This document shows positions 1-9,980 of a stretch of DNA of 49,330 bases, one piece after another. Each line of letters opens with the position of its first letter. The first letter of the stretch is position 1. The stretch covers positions 1-49,330 of the forward strand of contig DAIRVV010000001.1 in assembly GCA_036802645.1 (NCBI GenBank), read 5' to 3'. The notes under the pieces were generated by a model, which was not told where the DNA came from, ran no database searches, and was given only the letters and a program-made list of their open reading frames with translations. The position numbers and the translations under genes were made by a program. This stretch comes from Steroidobacteraceae bacterium (GTDB taxonomy: Bacteria > Pseudomonadota > Gammaproteobacteria > Steroidobacterales > Steroidobacteraceae).

Positions 1-3
1 GCT

Positions 4-23
4 AAAAGTGTCTGTCCCCTTTT
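4..23. repeat. Half copy of the AAAGGGGAC-family repeat unit (AAAAGTGTCTGTCCCCTTTT), cut by the window edge
   Basis: Positions 4-22 are identical to 22976-22994, the distal unit of the right arm of the large palindrome. The copy overlaps the soxD stop codon (22-24 on the minus strand). Confidence 0.7.
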
Positions 24-291
24 ATCTCTCAGGCCGCGGCTCGCCCATGCGGTAGGTCTTTACGATCTCGTGCGTCATGGTGTCCCGCAGCACGTTGAAC
101 CACTGCCCGCAGCCGAAGCTGTGGCACCAGCGCTCGGCATGCTCTCCCTTCGGGTTCGAGCGGAAAAACAGGTAGCGCGACCATTCCTCGTCGCCGGATC
201 CCGCCGGCGGACGGGCAATGTGTGACTCGCCGCCATAGGTGAACTCCGGCTCGTCGCGCAGCCCGCACCAGGGGCAATCAATCCTGAGCAT
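22..291 (-). CDS. soxD: Sarcosine oxidase delta subunit
   Basis: 89 aa. It has the CPWCG ... EWSRYLFFR ... ERW.H..GC..WFN..RDT pattern typical of SoxD zinc-binding subunits, and it lies next to soxB/A/G. Confidence 0.88.
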   Translation of the reverse strand: MLRIDCPWCGLRDEPEFTYGGESHIARPPAGSGDEEWSRYLFFRSNPKGEHAERWCHSFGCGQWFNVLRDTMTHEIVKTYRMGEPRPER

Positions 292-313
292 GCACTATGA
301 TTCCACGATTCCC

Positions 314-1561
314 ATGACCGAGCGTTATTCATTCCTGGCCCTCGCCCGGCACGCGCTCAGCAGCCGGCGCCCATGGACCCGCGTACTGCATCGACCGGCG
401 CTCAAGAAAGCATACGACGCGATCATAGTCGGCGGCGGCGGGCATGGGCTCGCGACGGCGTATTTTCTCGCGAAGGAACACGGCATGCGGAGCATCGCCG
501 TGCTCGAGCGCGGCGCCATCGGCCAGGGCAACTCCGGCCGCAACACGCAGGTTGTCCGCTCCGACTATTTCCACCTTGCCAGCTCGAAGTTCTTCGACCG
601 ATCGCTCAGGCTCTACGAGGGGCTATCCCGCGAACTGAACTTCAACATCATGCTGAGCCAGCGCGGCAAAGTAAGCCTCGCCCACAGTCCGCACGAGCTG
701 GAAAGCATGCGCCGGTCCGTCAACGCGATCCGCCTGAACGGCGTGGACGCGGAGATGCTGACGCTCCGCGAGTTGCAGAAGCTCGAGCCGCTGCTGAACG
801 TCAACTGCCGCTACCCGATCGAGGGCGGAGCCGTGCAGTGGCGCGGCGGCATCTCGCGTCATGACGCGGTCGTCTGGGGCTTCGCGCGAGCGGCAGGCGC
901 ACTTGGCGTCGACATCATCCAGGGCTGCGAGGTCACGGGATTCTGGATCGAGGATGGCCGGGTTCTCGGCGTCAAGTCGACACTCGGGGAATCCGCGGCT
1001 CCCCTCGTCTGCATCGCCGTCGCCGGCGATTCGAGCGTGCTCGCGCAGAAAGCCGGGCTCACCCTCCCGATCCGCAGCGCCTGCCTGCAAGCGATGGTGA
1101 CGGAGCCTGTGAAGCCGCTCATCGACACCGTGCTCGTGTCCGCGGCGATTCACGTCTACGTCAGCCAGACCGGGCGCGGTGAAGTCGTGATCGGCGGCGG
1201 CACGGACTTGTTCAATTCGTATTCGCAGCGCGGCGGACTTCCGGTCCTGGAGGCGAACGCGCAGGCAGCGGTCGAGCTCTTTCCCTGCCTCAGCCGCCTG
1301 CGTGTCATGCGCCAATGGGCGGGAACAGTCGACATCTCGCCGGACACGAGCCCGATCATGGGACTCACGCCGATCCAGGGTCTCTTCATCAGCGCCGGCT
1401 GGGGCACCGGCGGTTACAAGGCGATTCCCGCGGGGGGCGAGACCATAGCCTGGACCATCGCGAACGGAAAGCCGCATGCGCTGATCGAGTCCTTCGGCCT
1501 CAACCGCTTCGCATCCGGCGCGCTCGTCGATGAGGGCGCCGCGTCCGGAGTCGCACACTGA
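314..1561 (+). CDS. soxB: Sarcosine oxidase beta subunit (FAD-dependent)
   Basis: It has the dinucleotide-binding motif IIVGGGGHGLATAYFLAKEHG and SoxB-like sequence throughout. I chose the start at the ATG giving MTERYSFL..., which resembles the SoxB N-terminus. Alternative in-frame ATGs at 290 and 239 would overlap soxD. Confidence 0.88.
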   Translation: MTERYSFLALARHALSSRRPWTRVLHRPALKKAYDAIIVGGGGHGLATAYFLAKEHGMRSIAVLERGAIGQGNSGRNTQVVRSDYFHLASSKFFDRSLRLYEGLSRELNFNIMLSQRGKVSLAHSPHELESMRRSVNAIRLNGVDAEMLTLRELQKLEPLLNVNCRYPIEGGAVQWRGGISRHDAVVWGFARAAGALGVDIIQGCEVTGFWIEDGRVLGVKSTLGESAAPLVCIAVAGDSSVLAQKAGLTLPIRSACLQAMVTEPVKPLIDTVLVSAAIHVYVSQTGRGEVVIGGGTDLFNSYSQRGGLPVLEANAQAAVELFPCLSRLRVMRQWAGTVDISPDTSPIMGLTPIQGLFISAGWGTGGYKAIPAGGETIAWTIANGKPHALIESFGLNRFASGALVDEGAASGVAH

Positions 1562-4494
1562 TGGGATTCCGGCTCGACAAGGGGGGACACGTCGACCGCT
1601 CGCAGCCCATCCACTTCCGCTGGAATGGCCGGCGGCTCGCCGCCTTCGCCGGCGATACCATCGCCTCGGCGCTGCTCGCCAACAATGTCGCGATCGTCGG
1701 CCGCGGAATGAAATTGCATCGGCCGCGTGGCGTGCTTTCCATCGGCCCGGAAGAGCCCAATGCCCTCATTTCACTCGGCCGCGGCGCGGAACTCGAGCCA
1801 TCGGCGCGCGCGACGATGATCCCCGTGCGGGAGGGCCTCGAGGTGCGCGCCCAGAACGCCTGGCCGGGCGTGCGATTCGATCTCGGCCGCACGCTCGACC
1901 GGACGGCGTCGCTGTGGCACGCCGCCTTCTATCACAAGACCTTCAAGTGGCCGTCCTGGGATTTCTACGAAGGGTGGATCCGGCGCGCCGCCGGCATCGC
2001 GACGCCGCCGCGAGAGCGCGATCCCGCCCGCTACGACGCCGTCAACGCGCATTGCGACTTGCTCGTCGTCGGCGGCGGGCCGACGGGGTTGCTCGCGGCA
2101 CAAGTAGCGCTTCGCGCAGGCCTCACCGTCATCGTCGCGGAACAGGATTTCGAATGCGGCGGACGGCTGATCGCCACCAACACGCTGATCAACGACGCCC
2201 CCGTCACCGTCTGGTTCGCGAGCGTGCTGGGGGAACTCGCGGCTTCCCGCGAAGTGAAGCTGCTGACTGCAACGACCGCTTTCGGTCTCTACGATCACGG
2301 CACCGCCGGGCTGCTCCAGCGACTCGACCTGGGAAGCCGCCCGCGAGCCGTGCGGCAGCGCTACTGGCGCGTGCACGCGAAACAGACGCTGCTCGCGACC
2401 GGCGCGATCGAGCAGCCACTCGTGTTCGAGCAGAACGACCTGCCCGGTGTGATGCTCGCGGGCGCCGTGCGCCAGTACGCAAATCGCTACGGAGTCGCCG
2501 CGGGTCGCAATATCGTGCTCGCCACCAACAACGATTCTGCGTATCTCGCCGCGCTCGATCTCGTCGCCGCAGGGGCGCCGGTCGCGATGCTGGTCGACAG
2601 CCGCACGGAGGCGCCGGCAGATCTTGCCAAGTGGCTGGGCGCCCAGGGCGTCGAAGTTCGCTCCGCGACCTCGGTCGTACAGGCCCTCGGCGGCGGCCGC
2701 CTGCAGCGCGTGAAGCTGAGTTCCGGCGAGGAGATTGCCTTCGATGCGCTCGGCATGTCGGGCGGCTGGATGCCGGCGGTCCATCTCTACTCACACACGC
2801 GCGCGCCGCTCGTTTTCGACGAAACGAGCCGTAGCTTCCGCCCGCAACAAACGCGGCCGCCGCTCCTCGCCGCCGGCGCCCTGAACGGCTGCACGACACT
2901 CGATCAAAGCTTCGCCGACTCGATGGACGCAGTCCGCCGTGTCCTGGAGCACGCTGGCAGGCCTTCGGAACTGCTCGTGCCGCGTCCGACCGTGCAGGAG
3001 GCGCCCCTCTCGCCGGTCGTCGGTGCGTTGCCGCACGTGGCGGGCGGCCGCGACGGCCGGCAGTGGCTCGATTTCCTGCACGACGTCACGGTCGAAGACG
3101 CGAAGATTGCGCTCGCGGAAGGCTACGAGCACATCGAACACCTGAAGCGCTACACCACCTGCGGCATGGCCGCCGACCAGGGCAAGACGAGCAATCTCAA
3201 TGCGCTCCTGACGGTCGCGAAGCTCACTGAGCGCCATCCCACGGAGGTCGGAACGACCACGTTCCGTCCGCCCTACACACCCGTGACGCTCGGCGCGCTG
3301 GCGGGCCGCCAGATCGGAGCGCGCTATTCGCCGCGGCGCCTGTTGCCTGCACATGCCGAACACGAGGCGCTCGGCGCGCATTGGTGGGAAGCGGGCGGCT
3401 GGATGCGTCCCGCATGTTATCCGCGCAAGGGCGAGAGCCCGCAACAGGCCGTGCAGCGCGAAGCGACGGCCGTGAGATCGGGTGTCGGGATCTTTGACGC
3501 CTCGCCGCTCGGAAAGATCGAGGTAACAGGCCCGGATTCCGCGCGATTCGTCGACCGCTTCTACGCGAACAACATGGCGAATCTCAAGGAAGGCCGCGTC
3601 CGCTACGGCCTCATGCTGAACGAGAACGGCGCCATCTTCGATGATGGCACGCTCGCCCGGATCGGCCGCGAGCGCTTCGTCGTGACCACGACGAGCGGCG
3701 GCGCCGCTCGCGTTGCGGCCTGGCTCGAAGAGTGGCGGCAATGCGAATGGCCGGATCTCGAGGTTTTCATCGCACCCGTCACGACGCACTGGGCGACATT
3801 CGCGATCGCAGGCCCGCGCGCCCGCCAGCTGCTCGCGCGATTCCAGACCGACATCGCGTTCGACTGGCGCTCGATGCCGCACATGAGCCTGCGCGAGGGG
3901 CGGTTCGCCGGCGTGCCGGCGCGGCTTTACCGCGTGAGCTTTTCCGGTGAGCTGGGTTATGAAATCAATGTTCCCGCGCGCTTTGGCGCCGCGCTCTGGC
4001 GCGAGCTGCTCACCGCCGGGGCTGATCTCGGCGTCATTCCGTACGGCGTCGAGACTGTCCTGCTGCTGCGGCTGGAAAAGGGTTATCTGCACGTCGGCGT
4101 CGATACGGACGGAACGACCTCGCCGGCCGACGTCGGCTGGGGCGAATCGGCCGCGAAGAAAAAAGGCGATTTCATCGGCAAGCGTTCGCTCGCCCGCAGC
4201 GACAACCTGCGCACGGACCGGCTGCAACTCGTCGGCCTCACGGCCGATGATGCGCGGCTGCTCGTTCCCGGCGCACACCTGCGCTTGAATGGCACGACCG
4301 AAGGCAGTGACGGCTGGGTGACATCGGCAGCCCATTCACCGGCGATCGGCAGGCCGATCGCGCTAGCTCTTCTCCGCGGCGGGCTGTCACGCGTCGGCGA
4401 GAAGTTGTCGATTCACGACATTGCCCTGCGCAGCGAGGCGACCGTCGTCGACTCCTCGTTCCTCGATCCGGAGGGCAAGCGTCTCCATGCCTGA
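1561..4494 (+). CDS. soxA: Sarcosine oxidase alpha subunit
   Basis: 977 aa. The N-terminus FRWNGRRL..F.GDTIASALLANN is SoxA-like, and there is a C-terminal GcvT/folate-binding-like region (GIFDASPLGKIEVTGPD). The start overlaps the soxB stop (TGATG). Confidence 0.92.
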   Translation: MGFRLDKGGHVDRSQPIHFRWNGRRLAAFAGDTIASALLANNVAIVGRGMKLHRPRGVLSIGPEEPNALISLGRGAELEPSARATMIPVREGLEVRAQNAWPGVRFDLGRTLDRTASLWHAAFYHKTFKWPSWDFYEGWIRRAAGIATPPRERDPARYDAVNAHCDLLVVGGGPTGLLAAQVALRAGLTVIVAEQDFECGGRLIATNTLINDAPVTVWFASVLGELAASREVKLLTATTAFGLYDHGTAGLLQRLDLGSRPRAVRQRYWRVHAKQTLLATGAIEQPLVFEQNDLPGVMLAGAVRQYANRYGVAAGRNIVLATNNDSAYLAALDLVAAGAPVAMLVDSRTEAPADLAKWLGAQGVEVRSATSVVQALGGGRLQRVKLSSGEEIAFDALGMSGGWMPAVHLYSHTRAPLVFDETSRSFRPQQTRPPLLAAGALNGCTTLDQSFADSMDAVRRVLEHAGRPSELLVPRPTVQEAPLSPVVGALPHVAGGRDGRQWLDFLHDVTVEDAKIALAEGYEHIEHLKRYTTCGMAADQGKTSNLNALLTVAKLTERHPTEVGTTTFRPPYTPVTLGALAGRQIGARYSPRRLLPAHAEHEALGAHWWEAGGWMRPACYPRKGESPQQAVQREATAVRSGVGIFDASPLGKIEVTGPDSARFVDRFYANNMANLKEGRVRYGLMLNENGAIFDDGTLARIGRERFVVTTTSGGAARVAAWLEEWRQCEWPDLEVFIAPVTTHWATFAIAGPRARQLLARFQTDIAFDWRSMPHMSLREGRFAGVPARLYRVSFSGELGYEINVPARFGAALWRELLTAGADLGVIPYGVETVLLLRLEKGYLHVGVDTDGTTSPADVGWGESAAKKKGDFIGKRSLARSDNLRTDRLQLVGLTADDARLLVPGAHLRLNGTTEGSDGWVTSAAHSPAIGRPIALALLRGGLSRVGEKLSIHDIALRSEATVVDSSFLDPEGKRLHA

Positions 4495-5059
4495 AGTCAT
4501 CAGTACGCTTGTCGCACAGTCGAGCCTGCCATCCGGTGGTCGCGTGTTCTCCGACCACTTGAAGCTCGCGGTCCTGCCGAACCGCAGCATCCTTCAGTTG
4601 CGGCTCGGAGCACGATCGGTGAAAACTATCGCTTCGCTGCGCATCGCCGGACGAACGGTGCCCACGACGATGAATTCCTGGAGCGGAGACGACCCGGTCT
4701 TCTGCCGTGTTGCACCGGATCTCGTGCTCCTGCAGTCGGCTCTGCACGAAGCGGGCGATCTTGAAGACGCGGCGCGCGCCGGATGCGGCAAACGCTCATT
4801 TGCGGTGACGAATGTCTCCGACGCCTGTGCGACGCTCGTGATCGAGGGCTCGCTTGCCGCCTCACTTCTGGCCCGGGGCTGCGGTCTCGATCTCTCCATC
4901 GGCGCCTTCAGCGCGACGGCCTGCTCGCGCACGCGCCTCGCACAATTGCCGGTCGTGCTTCGCCGCGTGAATTCCGAACGGTTCGAGTGCCTGGTCGACC
5001 GCTCCGCGGCGCAATATCTGTATGACTGGATCGAGGACGCCGTCACGGGGCTCGATTGA
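4487..5059 (+). CDS. soxG: Sarcosine oxidase gamma subunit
   Basis: Assignment rests on its position after soxA, its size of about 190 aa, and an ATGCCTGA overlap with the soxA stop. The start is the internal ATG of ORF 4421..5059. Confidence 0.8.
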   Translation: MPEVISTLVAQSSLPSGGRVFSDHLKLAVLPNRSILQLRLGARSVKTIASLRIAGRTVPTTMNSWSGDDPVFCRVAPDLVLLQSALHEAGDLEDAARAGCGKRSFAVTNVSDACATLVIEGSLAASLLARGCGLDLSIGAFSATACSRTRLAQLPVVLRRVNSERFECLVDRSAAQYLYDWIEDAVTGLD

Positions 5060-5096
5060 AGTAAATGCGCTCGCAATTTACTGTAAGAGGGACGAT

Positions 5097-5612
5097 ATGC
5101 CCCGGTTCGTAGCCTTCCTTCGTGGCGTAAGCCCCATGAACCTGAAGATGTCGGACCTCAGGCAGTGTCTCGAGTCGGCCGGGTTCACTGAAGTGAAGAC
5201 CCTGCTCTCCAGCGGCAATGTTGCATTCAGTGCTGCAAGGGGAACAGAAGCTGTCTTTGCGCAGAAGATCGAAGGTCAGCTCAAGAAGGATCTCGGGCGC
5301 TCCTTTCCCGTTACGGTCAGGTCAGTCGGGCATCTCTGCAAGCTGCTGGCGTCGGATCCTTACAAGAAGCATTCAGTCCGGCCAGGAGCGAAGCGGATCA
5401 TCACGTTTCTGTGGAGCCCTCGCCACGCAAAGCTTGCCTTGCCCATAGAGCTTGATGGAGCCACCATTCATGAGGTTCGTGGCACTGAGGCCTTCAGCTC
5501 CTACGTCCGCACCCCCAAGGGTCCGGTCTTCATGAAGCTGCTCCAGAGCACCTTCGGCATTGAACAGACTACGCGGACATGGGACACAGTGAAGAAATGC
5601 TCGGTGGCGTAG
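5097..5612 (+). CDS. DUF1697 family protein
   Basis: MPRFVAFLRGVSPMNLKMSDL...GNV is the typical DUF1697 N-terminus. A purine-rich (AAGAGGGA) Shine-Dalgarno-like sequence lies upstream of the ATG at 5097. Confidence 0.78.
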   Translation: MPRFVAFLRGVSPMNLKMSDLRQCLESAGFTEVKTLLSSGNVAFSAARGTEAVFAQKIEGQLKKDLGRSFPVTVRSVGHLCKLLASDPYKKHSVRPGAKRIITFLWSPRHAKLALPIELDGATIHEVRGTEAFSSYVRTPKGPVFMKLLQSTFGIEQTTRTWDTVKKCSVA

Positions 5613-5622
5613 CAATTGACGC

Positions 5623-5874
5623 ATGACAGCTAAATCGATCACCAGCGATACGCTCCATAAGCTGCCGGCGGATTTCCGGAGAGCCATCGAATCCGATGCC
5701 ACGGCGAAAGGCCTCTGGGCCGCGATCACGCCTCTGGCGCGAAATGAGTGGATCTGCTGGGTCACTTCGGCCAAGAAAGAAGAGACCAGGAAACGCCGCA
5801 TCGAGGTTGGTCTCGACAAGATGCGTGGAGGAATGCGCCGGCCGTGCTGCTGGCCCGGCTGCCCGCACCGTTGA
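5623..5874 (+). CDS. YdeI/OmpD-associated (OmdA) domain protein, short stand-alone form
   Basis: It has NEWICWVTSAKKEETRKRRIE and a C-terminal CCWPGCPHR motif. Confidence 0.65.
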   Translation: MTAKSITSDTLHKLPADFRRAIESDATAKGLWAAITPLARNEWICWVTSAKKEETRKRRIEVGLDKMRGGMRRPCCWPGCPHR

Positions 5875-5888
5875 GGAAGAACCCTTAC

Positions 5889-6437
<549 letters not shown>

Positions 6438-6440
6438 CCA

Positions 6441-6944
6441 GTGCTTCCGCAAGTCAACTTGCTGGCTGCGGTTCTCGTTGGCGTCGGCGCAACTGCCGTC
6501 GTCGATCTCTGGACGCTGCTGTTGAAGCGCGCTTTCAAGATCCCTTCCCTCAGCTATTGCCTGCTTGGTCGTTGGCTCGGCCACATGTTCGCTGGGAAAT
6601 TTGCACACGCGAGTATCACGGCCGCCGCGCAGAAACCCTTGGAATGCCAAGTGGGCTGGTTTGCCCACTATGCGATTGGTGTCCTGTTCGCGCTTGCATT
6701 CGTGTCGCTCGCCCCGAATGGCTGGCTGGCGCGGCCAACGCTATTGCCTGCCCTGCTCTTCGGCATTGGAACGGTTCTTTTCCCGTTCCTGGTCATGCAG
6801 CCTGCATTCGGATTTGGCGTTGCCGCATCGAAGGCGCCCAATCCTGCCAGGGCCAGGCTGAAAAGCCTCACGACTCATCTCGTATTCGGGCTTGGACTGT
6901 TTGCATGCGCGCTGGCTGTCGATGCCCTCCATACGAGCATGTGA
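6441..6944 (+). CDS. DUF2938 family membrane protein
   Basis: It is hydrophobic, with the LGRWLGHM..GKF motif typical of DUF2938. The start is GTG. Confidence 0.65.
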   Translation: MLPQVNLLAAVLVGVGATAVVDLWTLLLKRAFKIPSLSYCLLGRWLGHMFAGKFAHASITAAAQKPLECQVGWFAHYAIGVLFALAFVSLAPNGWLARPTLLPALLFGIGTVLFPFLVMQPAFGFGVAASKAPNPARARLKSLTTHLVFGLGLFACALAVDALHTSM

Positions 6945-7437
6945 GCTTCCGAAAGCCGCGCTGCTTCGCGTGTATCTCGACCGCGGCGCCTACACTGACT
7001 GTTACGTGACGGAGCTTCCACGCCCTGTCGCTCACGCCGAGTACGTGGAGGCCTTCTACACCACCGCTGTATTCAAGCTCGAGCGATTGATTCTTGCATG
7101 GCTTGTCGCCCGGCCGTCGACCGATGCAGAGGCCCGGTCGCTCGCCTCTGGTCAGTTGAAGAAGTTTGCCGCATGGGAAGTTGAGGCGCGCGAACCGGAC
7201 CAATTGTTGCTCACGGACTTTCAGGCCCGCACGCGCTCGTGGCTCATGACCGCTCCGTCCACCACCGGACAAACCACGAAACTCTACTTCGGCTCCGCCA
7301 TCGTACCGATCGTGGACCGGCATTCCGGTCGCAAAAGAATGGGATTGCCCTTCGAGATGCTGCTTGGGTTTCACAAGCTCTACTCCCGGGTACTCTTGCA
7401 TTCAGCCGTCAGCCGGATTGGAGCACGGCGGAAGTAA
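6922..7437 (+). CDS. DUF2867-like protein
   Basis: YTDCY.....V....YVEAFYTT.VFKLER.IL is a DUF2867-like pattern. The start is uncertain; ATG 6922 overlaps the upstream gene by 23 nt. Confidence 0.5.
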   Translation: MPSIRACELPKAALLRVYLDRGAYTDCYVTELPRPVAHAEYVEAFYTTAVFKLERLILAWLVARPSTDAEARSLASGQLKKFAAWEVEAREPDQLLLTDFQARTRSWLMTAPSTTGQTTKLYFGSAIVPIVDRHSGRKRMGLPFEMLLGFHKLYSRVLLHSAVSRIGARRK

Positions 7438-7440
7438 ACC

Positions 7441-7839
7441 ATGTCCATCCGCATCGTCAGGCTTGGCAGCCCGCGATCGCCTAACGAAGGGACTCGCATC
7501 GGGACCGTTCGCCGCCCGCCTCGCGGAGTGCCGAAGTCCAAATTCGCGAGCCAGAACTGGTACGACGTCTGGTTCCCGAACCTGGCGCCGAGTGCCGAAA
7601 CCCTGAAGCTCGGTCAACGGGCAAAGACCCCGGCGCAATGGTCGAAGTTCATCCGCAAGTACCGCGCCGAGATGGCGACGCCCACATGCAGCCGGGCGAT
7701 TGCGCTGCTCGCCGCGCTTTCGCACGACAGCAACTTCTCCATCGGCTGCTACTGCGAAGATGAGTCTCGATGCCATCGATCCGCATTGCGGGAACTACTG
7801 GCATCCGCCGGCGCCAGCCTGGCGCCGAAGAGCCGATGA
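7441..7839 (+). CDS. DUF488 family protein
   Basis: RIGTVRRPPRGV ... WFPNLAPS ... F...Y..EM ... CYCED...CHRS.L is the DUF488 signature. Confidence 0.8.
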   Translation: MSIRIVRLGSPRSPNEGTRIGTVRRPPRGVPKSKFASQNWYDVWFPNLAPSAETLKLGQRAKTPAQWSKFIRKYRAEMATPTCSRAIALLAALSHDSNFSIGCYCEDESRCHRSALRELLASAGASLAPKSR

Positions 7840-7868
7840 GCTTTCAAGTACTTGGTAAGGTGGCCGGC

Positions 7869-7898
7869 GCCGGGCTATTCTCCAACCCGGCCGTTTTT
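7869..7898 (+). terminator. Weak candidate intrinsic terminator
   Basis: GCCGGG-11 nt-CCCGGC is followed by CGTTTTT, downstream of the DUF488 gene. The stem is short and the loop is large. Confidence 0.3.
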
Positions 7899-7915
7899 CA
7901 TCAGGGGGACGCAAC

Positions 7916-8287
7916 ATGAACTGGTATCTTCTCGCGCTGAAAAAGTACGCTGAGTTTTCGGGCCGCTCGCAACGGTCGGAGTACTGGTTCTTCGTGCTCT
8001 TCTATTTCCTGATCGCCGTCGTCCTGTCCATCGTGGATGTCTCGGCGGGCTTTACGAGCCTTCACACCGGTATCGGCCTGTTCAGCGCATTGTTCATGCT
8101 GGCGATGTTCATTCCGTCGCTGGCGGTCGGCGTCCGTCGGCTCCACGATATCGGCCGCACAGGCTGGTGGATATTGATCGGGTTGATTCCCTTCGTCGGC
8201 TGGATCGTGCTTTTGATATTTGCCGTCCAGGACAGCCAGCCAGGTACGAACGAGTACGGGCCGAATCCGAAAGAAGCCGCTGCCTGA
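7916..8287 (+). CDS. DUF805 family inner-membrane protein
   Basis: F.GRSQRSEYWFF.LF ... VRRLHDIGRTGWW is the canonical DUF805 pattern. Confidence 0.85.
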   Translation: MNWYLLALKKYAEFSGRSQRSEYWFFVLFYFLIAVVLSIVDVSAGFTSLHTGIGLFSALFMLAMFIPSLAVGVRRLHDIGRTGWWILIGLIPFVGWIVLLIFAVQDSQPGTNEYGPNPKEAAA

Positions 8288-8386
8288 CCGCACTCGGTTA
8301 GGATGCGTCGGGGCGATTGGACCAAGGTCGTATTGACTCGATTTACTGCCGGCGGTCTGCTGTCGGCACCAAGAGGGGAGTTCTTC

Positions 8387-9967
8387 ATGAACCAAGTCTC
8401 GCGATTAATCGCGTGGGTGGCTGTCATTGCGGCCATGCCCATGCTGGCCGCTGCCCAGGGCAGCAAGCCCAACATTCTCATCATCTGGGGCGACGACATC
8501 GGCACCTGGAACATCAGCCACAACAACCGCGGGATGATGGGTTACAAAACCCCCAACATCGACCGCATCGCCGCTGAAGGCGTTGCCTTCACCGACTATT
8601 ACGCGCAGCAAAGCTGCACGGCAGGACGCGCCGCCTTCATCAGCGGCTCCGTGCCCGTGCGCTCAGGTATGACCAAGGTCGGCATGCCCGGTGCAAAGGA
8701 AGGCTGGCAGAAGACCGACGTCACCATGGCGACGATTCTCAAGAGCCAGGGATATGCGACTGGCCAGTTCGGCAAAAACCACCAGGGCGATCGCGACGAG
8801 CACTTGCCGACGGTTCATGGCTTTGACGAGTTTCTGGGCAGCCTCTACCACCTGAATGCCGAAGAGGAGCCCGAGAATCGCGACTATCCACGCGACATGA
8901 AGCTGGCGAATGGCAAGACGTTCTTCGAGACGTTCGGTCCGCGTGGCGTGATCAAGTCCAAGGCCGATGGCAACGGAGGCCAGACCATCGAGAATCTCGG
9001 TCCGTTGACCAAGAAGCGCATGGAGACGATCGATGATGAAACCCTCGCTGCGGCCAAGGAATTCATCACGCGGCAGGTGAAAGCGGGCAAGCCTTTCTTT
9101 GCCTGGTGGAACGGCACCCGGATGCACTTTCGCACGCACGTTAAGGAGGAGCACACGGGCATCGCCGGGCCGAGCGGTGACGAGTACCACGACGGCATGG
9201 TCGAGCACGACATGCACGTGGGCGAACTGCTCAAGCTGGTTGACGATCTAGGCATCGCCAAAAACACCATTGTCCAGTATTCAACCGATAACGGCCCGCA
9301 CTACAACACTTGGCCGGACGCCGGTACGACGCCATTCCATGGCGAGAAGAACTCGAACTGGGAAGGCGCCTTCCGGGTCCCGGCCTTCATCCGCTGGCCC
9401 GGCCATTTCCCCGCCGGCACGACGCTTAATGGCATCGTGTCGCACGAGGATTGGCTGCCGACCTTCGCAGCCGCTGCCGGTGCGCCCGACATCAAGGAGA
9501 AATTGCTCAAAGGGGGCGTGGCACTCAACGGCCGAACCTACAAGAACCATATCGATGGCTACAACCTCCTCGACTACCTCAGCGGAAAGGTAAAGGAATC
9601 GCCGCGGAACGAGTTCATTTATGTGGGTGATGACGGCGATGTAATGGCCATCCGTGTAGGCGACTGGAAGGCAATTTACCTGGAGAACCGCGCGCATCAA
9701 CTTCAGGTGTGGCGCGAGCCGCTCGTCCACCTGCGCTTGCCGCTGCTCTTCAACCTGCGGCGCGATCCGTTTGAGAAGTCTTACGAGAACTCGAATACCT
9801 ACCATGACTGGATGATCGACCGTGCCTATGTGCTCGGTCCCATGCAGGTGGTTGCCAGCAGGTTCCTGATGACCATGAAGGAGTTTCCGCCCAGCCAGAC
9901 CCCGGGCGACTGGAGTCTCGGGTCGCTCGAGAGACAGATCAAGCAAATGACCGCTGGCGGAAAGTGA
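8387..9967 (+). CDS. Arylsulfatase (type I, formylglycine-dependent), secreted
   Basis: There is a signal peptide, then PNILIIWGDDIG. The sulfatase signature is SCTAGRAAFISG (C-x-A-x-R variant), and QFGKNH and downstream sulfatase blocks follow. A purine-rich Shine-Dalgarno-like sequence (AAGAGGGGA) precedes ATG 8387. Confidence 0.88.
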   Translation: MNQVSRLIAWVAVIAAMPMLAAAQGSKPNILIIWGDDIGTWNISHNNRGMMGYKTPNIDRIAAEGVAFTDYYAQQSCTAGRAAFISGSVPVRSGMTKVGMPGAKEGWQKTDVTMATILKSQGYATGQFGKNHQGDRDEHLPTVHGFDEFLGSLYHLNAEEEPENRDYPRDMKLANGKTFFETFGPRGVIKSKADGNGGQTIENLGPLTKKRMETIDDETLAAAKEFITRQVKAGKPFFAWWNGTRMHFRTHVKEEHTGIAGPSGDEYHDGMVEHDMHVGELLKLVDDLGIAKNTIVQYSTDNGPHYNTWPDAGTTPFHGEKNSNWEGAFRVPAFIRWPGHFPAGTTLNGIVSHEDWLPTFAAAAGAPDIKEKLLKGGVALNGRTYKNHIDGYNLLDYLSGKVKESPRNEFIYVGDDGDVMAIRVGDWKAIYLENRAHQLQVWREPLVHLRLPLLFNLRRDPFEKSYENSNTYHDWMIDRAYVLGPMQVVASRFLMTMKEFPPSQTPGDWSLGSLERQIKQMTAGGK

Positions 9968-9980
9968 TCCCATTCTGATC

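Noticed and set aside
239-313. N-terminal extension of soxB to ATG 239 or 290. Similar upstream extensions appear in ORFs 10888, 17405, 18154, 22993, 23532, 32896, 33360, 35077, 37602, 38186, 47898(-) and 48106.
   Set aside because: The extensions overlap the preceding gene and are Arg/Ser/Pro-rich. They are replaced by internal ATG/GTG/TTG starts that give family-typical N-termini, signal peptides, Shine-Dalgarno sequences or ATGA/GTGA coupling.
8387-9967. Sulfatase motif C-T-A-G-R, lacking the usual proline, as a sign of a non-maturable or pseudo-sulfatase.
   Set aside because: The accepted signature is (C/S)-x-(P/A)-x-R, so alanine at the third position is a known variant. The rest of the catalytic blocks are intact and an FGE gene is in the cluster.
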